64,000 bases of DNA from the human T2T-CHM13v2.0 reference genome, Homo sapiens: the NCBI RefSeq assembly GCF_009914755.1, contig NC_060935.1, one strand, 5' to 3'. A program made the position numbers and the translations under genes. The notes beneath the pieces were generated by a model that searched no databases, was not told where the DNA came from, and worked only from the letters and a program-made list of their open reading frames with translations. Shown here one piece after another: positions 31,223 through 46,321 of this stretch (the first letter of the stretch is position 1; every line of letters starts with the position of its first letter).

Positions 31223-31302
31223 GTGAGAGGGGGCGGGGAGGGCCTGACCGACCCGTGGGAGCGAGGCCAAACCCTGGCCCGCATGAGGGCGAACGCCTGG
31301 GA

Positions 31303-31498
31303 TTACGTCATCGGCGCGTGACGCCAGAGGCTGGGGAATCACCCGCTTGCTGCGTGACGTCATCGCGTCGCGTCACTGTTCTCGGTCCGCTGTCCGTGGC
31401 GGGTTGTTTCCGTGCAGCCTTTCTATCAGACAATTTTGGGACGATTTCTGGGAGGGCTACTGTAGTAGTCAGGATGGAGAAAGACGGCTAACTTCCGG
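31303..31498. promoter_or_regulatory. CRE/ATF site cluster plus ETS site
   Basis: TTACGTCA 31303-31310, TGACG 31319-31323, perfect TGACGTCA 31355-31362, CGTCA 31371-31375, ACTTCCGG 31491-31498. Confidence 0.75.
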
Positions 31499-32842
31499 CG
31501 CTGAGGGTCCTTTTCAGGTTAACAAAGCACCACCGCATCTATGAGCTCGTTGTCAAGGGCTGAATTTGAAAACTATCCGATGTCGTGTGATCTCACAGCC
31601 AGACATGTATTATGTTTTCTTTCTGTGGGAGAGGGGGCAGGGGTGGGAGGAAGACAAAGAAATTATAACGGAGATGTTTGAACTAATGTGAACTGACATA
31701 CGAAAAGAATGGGCTTCCTTTCACGTTTTTTCCCCTACCGTGGAGGGTACTTTCGACCCAAAGCTTTCTTTCTCCTGAGCTCAGATTGTGTATTTCCCAA
31801 TACCTCCCGAGCAGCATTACCTGCATACTCTTCGTACCTCAGATTCAACATGTGCGAAACTGAGACAGCATTAGAAAGGCTAAGAGTCCGGAATCAGGTT
31901 GCCTTGCTTGAAATCCTAGCTATTCAAATATTAGTGATAGGACCTTGACATTTCTAAGCCGTAATTTTTCTGTAATAATAAGTAGTACCTTAACTAGGTC
32001 TTCCTAAGCCTCAGTTTTACCATGGTAATAGTAACAAGCCCTTTAAAATGTTGGCTATTATTATTATTTCCCCCCCAAAATTGCTTCTTACGTTCCTTTC
32101 CGTTCTCAATGAATGGGCCACCCATTCAACAATCCCCTAAGCCAGGAACCTAGACATACTAATAGCTCCCCGTTCTTCCTCTCTCAACATCCATATCAAG
32201 TTGGACACCAAGTCTTGTAGCTTCTCCTAAATATTTTTCAAGTCCTTGCCTGTGTCGTCTTCTACTACCACCACCTGAACAACTGGAGCAACCTTTAGTC
32301 TCTTCAAACTCAATCTATTTTTCTCACTAGTTACCTGAGTAGCCTTATAAAAGCACAAATCTGATGATGTCCTCCCGTTTAAACACCGAAAGGATTTTAT
32401 TGCTTTCAGGATAAAGTTCAAACTCCTGAACTTGGCACTTTATTACCTGACTGCTTACACTAGCCTTTCTAGCTTTGTCTCACATCATTTATTTTTTGCT
32501 CCAAGCACACTGAAATATTAACGTTATTTGAATACACATTTCTTCATGTCTTCAAGCTCTTCCCTACTTAGCTGACTGGCCAACACCTATTCATTGTACA
32601 AAGCTGAGCTCAAATGTCATTCATATTCATATTCATATTCATTTGACTAATATTTCTAAAGTTTCCCTAAGCCTTAACAAAACTGTAATTCTATAGTATT
32701 TCTATGCCTTTTATGGAAGTAACTGCATTTGTGTATCTAATTTCTTGAGTTCCAAGTCATATTCCTTTCCATATCCTCAGCACCTAAAACAGTGCTTGAC
32801 ATATACCTAAGTATCAATATGTTGTTAAAATATATTTAATAA

Positions 32843-33149
<307 letters not shown>

Positions 33150-33352
33150 CTATTGTTCTTTCTATGTGCCAGGTACTGTTCTGAGCACTTTACAAACACT
33201 GTCTTTAAACCTCTACCCTCTACGGTAGATACTGTTGTTATCCTCACCCATCTTATTGATGCGGGAACTGAGGCACAGAGGGGTTAAGTAACTTAACCCA
33301 GGATCCTAACCCAGTAAATTGACTCTAATCTGGATTGTCTTTTCGTGATCTC

Positions 33353-34029
33353 TGCACTAGGCAGAATAATGGCTCATCCAATGGAATGTTCACATTCCAA
33401 TCCCTGGGAACTATGAATATGTTACCTTCCATGACAAAAGGACTCTGCAGATGTGAGTAAATTGAGGATTTGGGGAAAGGGACTCTCCAGCTTTTGGGAG
33501 CAGACTGGAAAATGGAAAAGGCAAGAAAATGGATCCTCCCTTGGAGCCTCTGGAAAGGAAGAGATGGTATCCTGATGATACCTTAATTTTAGCCCACTGA
33601 CATCCATTTAGGACTTCTGAACTACAGAACTGTGAAATAATAAATGTGTATTGTTGGCCAGGCACAGTGGCTCACATCTGTAATCCCAGCACTTTGGGAG
33701 GCCGAGGCGGGTGTATCACCTGAGGTCAGGAGTTCAAGAGCAGCCTGGCCAACATGGTGAAACCCCATCTCTACTAAAAATACAAAATTAGCTGGGCGTG
33801 GTGGCACATGCTTGTAATCCCAGCTACTCGGGAGCTGAGGCAGGAGAATCGGTTGAATCCAGGAGGTAAAGATGCTGTGAGCCGAGATTGCGCCATTGCA
33901 CTTAAGCCTAGAGACAAGAGTGAAACTCCATCTCAAAAAATAAAATAAAAAAATAAAAATAAATGTGTATTGTTTTAAGCCCACTTTGTGTTTGATAATT
34001 TGTTACAGCATCCATAAGAAACTAATACA
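33353..34029 (+). mobile_element. MLT1 (D-like) solo LTR, interrupted by an Alu
   Basis: TAGGCAGAATAATGGC start, AAACTAATACA end; the internal Alu has TSD AATAAATGTGTATTGTT. Confidence 0.8.
33656..33957 (+). mobile_element. AluS within MLT1
   Basis: Full dimer with TSD. Confidence 0.95.
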
Positions 34030-34159
34030 ATCTCTAATCAAAGGTGACTGCTCTATGCTAGGAATTGCTAGCAGGATGAGAAGTGAAACTGTCCACCAAA
34101 GCTGCAGCTGAAATCAGAGATGGGCTAGAAGTGGAATAAATAAGTAGGATAAGTGTATA

Positions 34160-35218
34160 CAGTAAGTCCTCACTTAACGCCATCAATGGGTTCTGCAACT
34201 TTAGGCAAAACAATGTATAACAAAACCAATTTTACCATAGGCTGGCTAATTGATATAAATAAGAGTTGAGTTCCTGTGGCATATTTCTGGTCACAAGACA
34301 TCATCAAACTTCTAAATAAAGACCAAAACACCTCTAATATCAAACATTGAAATCAATGTGGCCTATACATACATTTAAGAAAGATTAATAAAAAGAGGCC
34401 AGACCAGGTGCCTTGGCTCATGCCTGTAATCCCAGCACTTTGGGAGGCCAAGGTGGGCAGATCGCTTGAGCCCAGTAGTTTGAGACCAGGCAAGATAACA
34501 TGACAAAACACCATCTCTACAAAAAAAAAAAAACCCAAATACAAAAAATTAGCCAGGCATGTCAGCACACCCCTATAGTCCCATAGTCCCAGCTACCCAG
34601 GAGGCTAAGGTGGGAGGATCACTTAAGCCCCGGAGGTCAAGGCCACAGTGAGCCATGACCGCACACCTTTGCACTTCAGTCTGGGCGACAGAGTGAGACC
34701 TTGTTTCAAAAACAAAACAAAAAACAAGAGGCTGGGCACAGTGATTCATGCCTGTAATCCCAGCATTTTGGGAGACCAAGGCAGAAGATCACTTAAGCCT
34801 AGGAGGTCGAGGCTGCAGTGAGCCGTGATCATGCCACTGCACTCCAGCCCAGGAAACAGCGTGAAACCGTGTCTCAAAAATAAACAAGTAAGATCATTAT
34901 TTACCCAATTTTTCCAGTTCAGGGTTGAGAGTGGCCAGAGCCTATCCCAGCAGCTAAAGGTGCAAGGCAGGAACCAACCATGTATAGGATGCTACGTAAG
35001 CTATTCCAGGGTGCACTCACATGCACACCAACACTCACTCAGACTAGGACAATTGAAACATGCCAGTTAACTTAATGTGCACATCTTTGGGATGTGGGAG
35101 GAAGCTAGAGTACACAGAGAAAACAGAGTCCAAACTACACTGGTGACCCAGGCCAAGAAGTTATTTTTTTTTTTCTCATCAACATTGTAACAAAATAACA
35201 TTATTCAAGGACTTGTTG
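34160..35218 (-). mobile_element. MER82-like Tigger element, interrupted by AluJ pieces
   Basis: CAGTAAGTCCTCACTTAA and TTATTCAAGGACTTGTTG termini, TA on both flanks. Confidence 0.75.
34397..34885 (+). mobile_element. AluJ followed by an Alu monomer-length piece
   Basis: J-type dimer 34397-~34727, then a second piece ~34730-34885. Confidence 0.9.
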
Positions 35219-35430
35219 TATTTCACTTTATAAGAAATTGCCAAACTGTTTCCCAAAATGGTTGTACCATTCAGGATCCTTTTGACACGTCCTCATCATC
35301 GTTCTTTGAGCTCTTCCTTGCTTTTTGGTCCAAGATGTTCTAAGCTCTTCTTACACTTTCTTTGACCCAGCCCTCAAATGAGCCATTACTCCAAAGAGCT
35401 CTGATTCTTTTCAATGAAGAATAGTATTTA

Positions 35431-36064
<634 letters not shown>

Positions 36065-36149
36065 CTAAGCATTAGCACTCATTGTAATAGATGCCACTGT
36101 TCCCAAACTCAGACCTACTTTTGCTCTCTTTCTGGCCTTTAAGAAGCAT

Positions 36150-36390
36150 ACCGTCACGAGTTCTATGGCTTCAAGGAAATGAATTTTGCCAACAACCTGA
36201 GGGAGCTTGGAAACCGCTGATGAGAATGCAGCCCTCCGATGTCATGATTGCAGCCTATGAAACCCTGAGCAAAAGACCCATCTAAGCCATTTCCAGACTC
36301 CTGACCCACAGAAACTGTCAGATAATGAATATGTGTTGTTGTAAGCCACTAAGTTTGTGGTAATTTGTTGCTGAGACATAGAAAACTTAT
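36150..36390 (+). mobile_element. MLT1 LTR 3' fragment
   Basis: CTGACCCACAGAAACTGTCAGATAATGAATATGTGTTGTTGTAAGCCACTAAGTTTGTGGTAATTTGTT. Confidence 0.7.
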
Positions 36391-36556
36391 AGGGGGCCAA
36401 AGGAGAGAAGGGGGAGAAGAAGAGGAAAGGAAGAGCTCTGGAGACATTTTATATTTCCTAATTCTTCCTGTTTCCTGCTGCCTTGAGTGTACACACGAAG
36501 GCTGGAGCTGGAGCAGCTATTCAGAAACCATGAAGAAAAGGCCAAGAAAAATAAAC

Positions 36557-36883
<327 letters not shown>

Positions 36884-37238
36884 TAAGTACTTTGAGTCAT
36901 CAACCTAATGCCAGGAACCACCTGCCTCCAGAATTTCTATCAGGAGAAAGAGAAGTAAGTTTTTTAAAGCTGTTGTTTCTCAGGACTCTTACAGCCAAAA
37001 GCTGTTCCTTAATGGTTCAGTGTGTTTTGTAAGTTTCCATATGTATGCTTTCTTTTGTTTTGTTTTAACTATCTTTTCACTGCTGTTTCTTGAACATGGC
37101 AAGCACCCTCCCAACTCAGGGCTTTTGATCTTGCTATTCACTCTGCATGGAATTTTCTTCCCCCACATAGCTGCATATCTTGCTCCCTCACTCCTTTCAG
37201 GTTTCTGCTCAAATGTTACCTCATCAGAGAGGCTTTTC

Positions 37239-37462
37239 TTTTTTTTTTAAAAAAAGTATACTTTAATGAGTATAAAGTATATAAACAATTAGGTAAGCTT
37301 GTGGAGAAGCTGACCAAGATACATAAATTAGGAGATACAAGTGTCCATCTAAATTTTCTGTATTTTATTATTTTACAGAATATTTATTAAAGGTGTTTAA
37401 TATACACTTTCTCATCTGTCATTTTGGAAGTCCTTTATTGTAAAGATAATTCTATTGTCTGA
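37239..37462 (-). pseudogene. Candidate 5'-truncated retrocopy of an mRNA 3'UTR end (parent unknown)
   Basis: AT-rich segment that interrupts L2-like sequence; on the minus strand ATTAAA (37267-37262) is followed 13 nt later by A10 (37248-37239). Confidence 0.45.
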
Positions 37463-37466
37463 GTAA

Positions 37467-37937
<471 letters not shown>

Positions 37938-38348
37938 TAATTTCATCGTGGTCAGGAGACATGCTTTGTATAACATCTTTTTAAACTTTCTTGAGACTTT
38001 CTTTTGCCCTTGTACATGTTCTAGTGCATATTTTAAAAGAATGCATATTCTCTATTTGTTGGATGCAGCATTCTATTTCTATTATATCAATTATATTAAC
38101 TACATCATTCCAGTGTCTATTCTATTTCTATTATATCAAGTATATTAACTACATCGTTCCAGTGTCTATTAACTTAATGTTCCAACTTAAGTTAATGATC
38201 CATCAACTTAATGTAAAAATGTGATAAAAAATCTCCAAATATATATAACTGTGCATTTGTCAATTTTTCCCTTTTTGATTTATGTGGTGATTCTCTGTTG
38301 TTAGGCCTGTGATTTGGGTGATTTGTGTCTTTTAACATTGTATCTTTA

Positions 38349-38681
<333 letters not shown>

Positions 38682-38925
38682 CTATTTTTATGCAATGATA
38701 GTTTTTGGATTTGTATAGGTGAGCTTAATCTGTTTCACTATATTGTGTCTTCCTGTATTAGAACATGTCTCTCCAGGAAAATGTAAGCTTCTTGAGTGTG
38801 GGGAGTTTGTTTTACTCGCTACTATATCTCTAGAGCTTGGAACAGTGCTGTACTTATTAGGTACTAAATAAATATCTATTCCTTGTTAATAGTGATTATT
38901 GCTATGTTCATTTCTATTATCTTGA

Positions 38926-39242
<317 letters not shown>

Positions 39243-39463
39243 TATTTTGCTTCTTTATTGTTCTTTTCTGTATTCTGTTGGATTGATAACGTTTTCTTGG
39301 CTTCCCTCTGCCCCACTGATGCCTTAGAAGATAAAAATTGTCTTTCTATTCTTTTAATGATTATCCTTAAAAAAGATATATATAAATTTAGCTATAAACT
39401 TCCATAAATTATCAGTGTCTCCATCCTCCTCCAAAGTAAGATGAAACCTTCAATATACTTTAA

Positions 39464-39858
<395 letters not shown>

Positions 39859-39888
39859 TTTTCCCTCACTCTTGAATGATAGGTAATC

Positions 39889-40363
<475 letters not shown>

Positions 40364-40409
40364 TTAGCACACCAGTCTATCAACAGACATTTATCAAAAC
40401 TCTACTTTG

Positions 40410-40672
40410 CTACATATTGAATGATTCCATTTACATGAAATTTCTTTAAAAAGGAAAATCTATAAAGACAGAGCACAGATCAGTTGTTGTTTGGGGGTAA
40501 GAGCAGTGATTGACTACAAACAGGTACAAGGAAACTTTGTGGGGTATTGGAAATGTTCTAAAATTGCATTGCAGTGATCTTCACACAACTGCATAGATTT
40601 ATTAAAAATCACTGTGCACTTAAATTGGGCAAATTTTCTGGTATGTAAATTATACCTCAATAAAGCTTAAAA
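40410..40672 (+). mobile_element. Old L1M 3'UTR fragment
   Basis: ATGATTCCATTTACATGAAAT...GTATGTAAATTATACCTCAATAAAGC. Confidence 0.7.
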
Positions 40673-41747
40673 ATGCTATTGCATGGCTAGCCATATGGAA
40701 GGTGCTAATGTGTGAGTAATGAGAACTAACTATAACATCCTAAGAATGGAACTGAAGGGGTTACAGCAATTCGTGGAGATGAAAATTTAGTAAAGTAGAC
40801 ATGTCTATTTTTGCCTCCATTTTCATATTTCTTTCTAAAGAACTTAGTTTGACAATACCTATAGAATGGCAGAGCTTTACGTTACACAAAGTCCCATCCT
40901 TCTGGCTGAATGGACCAGGGATGAGCATCTGATTCAGGTTAGATCAATCAGATTCTCTCTTTCTCTGGAATTTGGAATTAGGAAATGAAAAATAGAGCCA
41001 GCCATATGGTACCAAGTGCTTTATTAGAAAGGCAATGTAGAATGGGAGTGTAGGGTGCCATAGCAAACTGAAGGCTTTATTTAGTAAGCATTAGTATAGA
41101 GAAAACCATAAGTCCTATAACATTAGTATAGAGAAAAACCATGAGTAAGCCAAAAAAAAAAAAGTTATCCATAAAAAAAAAAAAAGGAAAGCTGAGAAGA
41201 TGAACAGAGATAAGTAGAGATCAGAGACAAGGTGGGCCCACAAGAGAAAACCAGAGTGGCTTCAACAATCAGCTGCTCCATGTCAGTCCCCAGGAGGCTT
41301 GACTGAACTTTTGGTCCTGGTGGTTAGATTGTTCATTAAGCAATATACCCCCTCGGGTGGATGTGGTATATTAGTGCTCAACCTGTATTCTAAGCTCGTT
41401 TTAGTGTACCCTCTACTACAGAGACTGGAAAGATAGAAATAACATTTTTTTAGACTTTCTTAGAATTAAGATTTTATATCCAAATTAGGTTCCACCAATT
41501 AGAAGCACTCATGGGTGGTTGGGAAAGCAGAAGTTGGGCAGAGATTGTCTTCCTGCTGCTTTGCCTATTGCTGCCAGGAAGAAAAGTTATGGAGACTGGG
41601 TTTTCCTGCAGCAGTGCCTCAGTGACCAGTCACTAACTTTGTGGGTGTCAAGAGGAGTTGTCTAACTTCACATGCTCTCACTTGTTTGTGGGAGCTAAAC
41701 ATTAAAACAATTGGACTCATGGAGCTAGAAAATAGAATGATGGTTAC

Positions 41748-42102
41748 TGTATTAGTCTGTTTTCACGCTGCTGATAAAGACATACCTGAGACTGGGTAAT
41801 TTACAAAAGAAAGGTTTACTGGATTTATAGTTCCACATGGCTAGGGAGGCCTCACAATCACGGCAGAAGGCAAGGAGGAACAAGTCACATCTTACTTGGA
41901 TGGTAGCAGGCAAAAAAAGAGAGAGCTTGTACAGGAAAACTCCCCGTTATAATACTGTCAGATCTTGTGAGACTTATTCCCTATCACAAGAACAGCATGG
42001 GAAAGACCTGCCCCCATAATTCAATTACCTCCCACTGGGTCCTTCCCACATCACTTGGGAATTCAAGATGAGATTTGGATGTTACACAGCAAAACCATAT
42101 CA
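41748..42102 (-). mobile_element. THE1 MaLR solo LTR
   Basis: TGTATTAGTC...AAACCATATCA termini; 5-bp TSD GTTAC at 41743-41747 and 42103-42107. Confidence 0.9.
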
Positions 42103-42314
42103 GTTACCAAAAGCCGGAAAGAGTAGCGGGGTAGAGGTGGGGGTGAGGGGAATAGTGGTTAGAGAGTACAAAAAAATAGTTGAAATGAATAAGCTCTAGT
42201 ATTTGATACCACAACAGGGTGACTATAGCCAATAATAATTTAATTGTACATTTTAAATAACTAAAAGAGTATAATTGGATTATTTGTAACATAAAGGACG
42301 AATGCTTAAGGTGA

Positions 42315-42728
<414 letters not shown>

Positions 42729-43173
42729 TAAACTTCTTAATGTAAAATTAAAATTTTAAAAAGGAGTTATCTAGAGCAGCAGCAGCATTCTGATTCTTCG
42801 GTTGCAACTATAATAGTGTGTTCTCGAACATCGGTAGTTCCGTCGATGGTTTTTTGATTCTCCACCTCTCTTACGGTAAAAGAGATGGCAGCTCCAGTGG
42901 CCAGCCAGTTTTGCAGTATTATTCTGGGGATTATTCCTGGAGGTCTAGCTTACAGCTCACTCCTCCTAACTTTGCAACAACTTCATAAACATCTCATTTC
43001 CTTTTAAATCCTCTTCCATTTACCATAGCTAGAGTGATTTCTGTTTTCTGCACTTGAAGCTTGACTGATACACACCCCTTTTTCTTGAGCTGGTTTAAAA
43101 AGGTTCCTGTTCCTTGCAGCCAAGTGATCCTAGTCTAAGATATCGGTGGGGGTATTAAAAGTTGACTATTGCA

Positions 43174-43297
43174 GGCCGGCCATGTGGCTCATGCCTGTAA
43201 TCCTAGCACTTTGGGAGGCTGAGATGGGAAGATTCCTTGAGCAGCCTAGGAGTTCAAGACCAGCCTGGGCAACATAGCAAGATCCCATCTCAAAAAA
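43174..43297 (+). mobile_element. Left-monomer Alu (FLAM-like)
   Basis: Monomer with A-tail; TSD AAAAGTTGAC(T/A)ATTGCA. Confidence 0.9.
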
Positions 43298-45327
43298 AAA
43301 AGTTGACAATTGCAGAGGAGGAGGTGGGGCAAGATGGCTGAATAAAAGCCTCTACTAATTGTCCTCCCCACAGGAACACCAAATTGAACAACTATTCACA
43401 CAAAAAAATCACCTTCATAACAACCAAAAATCAGGTGAGTAATCATAGTACCTGGTTTTAACTTCATATTACTTAAAGAGCACATAAAAGGGTAGAAAAA
43501 ACCATCTTGAATTGCAGACACCACCCCTCTTCCATCCCCTGGCAGTGGCCACATGGCATGGAGAGAGAATCTATGTGTTTGGGGGAGGGAAAGCACAGTG
43601 ATTGTGGCACACTTTGCATTGGAACTCACTGCCACCCTGTCACAGTGGGAAGCAACACCATCCAAAACTCAGCCAGAACCCATGGAAGCATGGAAGAGCA
43701 TTTAGACCAGCCCTATCTGGGTGGGGAATTGTCTATCCCAGTAGCTGAGACCTGAGTTCCAGCAAGCCTCATCATTGTGGGCTAAAATGCTCTGGGGTTC
43801 TAAGTAAACTTGAGAGGCAGTCTAAGCCACAAGGACTGCAATTCCTCGGCAAGTCCGGGTGCTGTTCCAGGATCAGAGCCAGTGGACTTAGGGGTTATGT
43901 GACCTAGTGAGACACTGGCCAGGGTAACCAAGGAAATGCTTGCACCACCTCTCCCACAGCACCAGGCAGCACAGCTCATGGCTCCAGGAGAGACTCCTTC
44001 CTTCCACCTGAGGAGAGGAGAGGGAAAAGTAAAGAGGACTTTGTCTTGCAACTTAGATACTTGCTCAGCCACAGTAGGATAGGGCAACAGGTAGAATCCT
44101 GAGGACCCCATTCGAGGCCCTAGCTCCTGGATGACATTTCTATACACACTCTGGGCCAGAAGGGAACATGCTGCCTTGAGGAAAAGAACCCACTAATAGC
44201 AGAATTTGTCATCATCTGCTGACTATACAGTCCTTGGGTCCTGAATAAACAGCAGGGATAGCCAGGTGGTACTCACCATGGGCCCTGGGTGAGAGATTCA
44301 GAGATGTGCTGGCTTCAGGTGTAAACCCAGCACATTCCCAGCTATGGTAGCCACAGGGAGGGACTCCTTCTGCTTGAGAAAAAAGTAGAGAGGACTTTGT
44401 CTTGCAGTTAGGTACCAGCTCAGCCACAGTAGGGTAGAGCACCAAGCAGGCTCTTGGGGTTCCTGATTCCAGGCCTTGGCTTGTGGATGGCATATCTGGA
44501 CCTTCCCTGGGACCAGGGCCCTAAAGGGAGAGTCCCAGGCCCAGCAGCATTCACCACAAGTTGACTGAAGAGCCTTGGGTCTTGAGTGAACATTGGTGGT
44601 AGCCAGGCAGTACTTGCTGTGGGCCTGGGGCATGGTGGCCACAGGGAGAGATTCTTCTGCAAAGGGAGGGAAGAGTATGAAGAACTTTATCTTGTGTCTT
44701 GGGTACCAGCTCAGTCACAGTAGAATAGAGCACCAGGTAGATCCCTAAGGTTTCTGACTCTAGGCCTGGCTCCTGGACGGCATCTCTGAACCCACCTGGA
44801 GTCAGGGGAACTCACTGCCCTGAAGAGAAGGACACAAGCCTGGCTGGCTTCTATTGTAGAGCCCTAGGGCCTTGAGTGAACATAGGAAGTACCAGGCAGT
44901 AGTTACTGTGGCTCTTGGGCAAGACCCAGTTATGTACTGGCTTTAGGTCTGACTCAGTGCAGTCCCAATGGTAGTAGTCACAGAGGTGCTTGTATCACTC
45001 CTCTTCCAGCTCCAGGTGGCTCAGCATACAGAGAGAGACTTTATGTGTTTGGGAGAAAGTAAAGGAAGGGAGCAAGAGTCTCTACTTGGTAATCTGGATA
45101 ATGCTTCTGCATCTTATCGAAGACCACCAAGGCACTACCTCTATGAGTCTGTAAGAGCCATAGTGTTACTGGGCTTGGGGTTGCCCCTAAGGCAAATATG
45201 GCTGTAGTGATTTAAAAAAAAACTTGGATCACAACACCCGAGTCCCTTCAAATACCTGGAAAGCCTTTCCAGTACAGGTGCAAACAAGCCCAAACTGTGA
45301 AGACCACAATAAATGCTTAATTCTTCA

Positions 45328-46295
45328 ATGCCCAGACACCAATGGACATCCACAAGCATCAAGACCATCTATGAAAACATGAGATCACCAAATGAACTAA
45401 ATCAGGCACCAGTGACCAATCCCAGAGTAATAGAGATATGTGACCTTTCAGAAGAAGAATTCAAAATAGCTGTTTTGAGGAAACTCAGCAAAATTCAAGA
45501 TAATACAGAGAAGGAATTCAGAATCCGATCCAATAAATTTAGCAAAGAGATTGAAATAACTTAAAAGTGTCAAGCAGAAATTCTGGAGGTGAAAAATACA
45601 ATTAATATACTGACGAATGTGGGAGTCTCTTAACACAGAATTGATCAAGCAGAAGAAAGAATTCATGAGCTTGAAGACAGGCTATTTGAAAATAGTCAAA
45701 GGAGACAAAAGAAAAAAGAATTTTTTAAAAAAGGAAGTATGATTAAAAAATCTAGAAAAGAGCCTCAAAAGGTCAAACCTAAGACTTATTGGCCATAAAA
45801 AGGAGGTCGAGAGAGAGATCTGGGTAAAAAGTTCATTCAAAGGGAAAATAATAGAGAACTTTCCAAACCTAGAAAAAGATATCAATATTCAAGTACAAGA
45901 AGGTTATAGAACACCAGGTAGATTTAGCCCAAATAAAACTACCTTGAGACATTTAATAACCAACTCCCAAAGGTCAAGGATAAAGAAAGGACCCGAAAAG
46001 CAGCAAGGGGAAAGAAACAAATAACATACAGTGGAGCTCTAATATACCTGACAGCAGGCTTTTCAGTGGAAATCTTACAAGCCAGGAGAGAGTGGCATGA
46101 CAAATTTATAGTGCTGAAGGACTATACTATTCTATTTATCCTAGAATAGTATATGCAGTGAAAATATCCTTCAAATAATGAAGCAGCCTTATTCAAAATA
46201 GCCAGACAAACAAAAGCTGAGGGATTTCATCAACACCAGACTTGTCTTGTAAGAAATGCTAAAGATAGTTCTTCAATTTGAAAGAAAAGGATGTT
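45328..46295 (+). pseudogene. Decayed L1 ORF1
   Basis: ORF 45313-45564 gives MPRHQWTSTSIKTIYENMRSPNELNQAP...EICDLSEEEFKIAVLRKL; downstream ENFPNLEKDINIQVQEGYRTP-like and QARREW-like segments, broken by stops and frameshifts. Confidence 0.85.
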
Positions 46296-46321
46296 AATGG
46301 GCTATAAGAAATCATTAGAAG

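Larger units (their letters stand above)
30100..31510. promoter_or_regulatory. CpG island / probably bidirectional promoter
   Basis: Very high GC and CpG density versus CpG-depleted flanks; many GGGCGG/CCGCCC boxes; splice donors on both strands facing outward. Confidence 0.95.

Noticed and set aside
30022-31544. Many overlapping 60-194 aa ORFs on both strands of the CpG island
   Set aside because: Expected from stop-codon scarcity in GC-rich DNA. They are low-complexity P/G/A/R peptides, many with non-ATG starts, and I recognise no domain.
44030-44960. Three ~290-360-bp diverged repeats (AGAGGACTTTGTCTTGCA...CTCAGCCACAGTAG at ~44033, 44389, 44680)
   Set aside because: Best explained as the internal repeat structure of the old L1 5'UTR, not an independent system.
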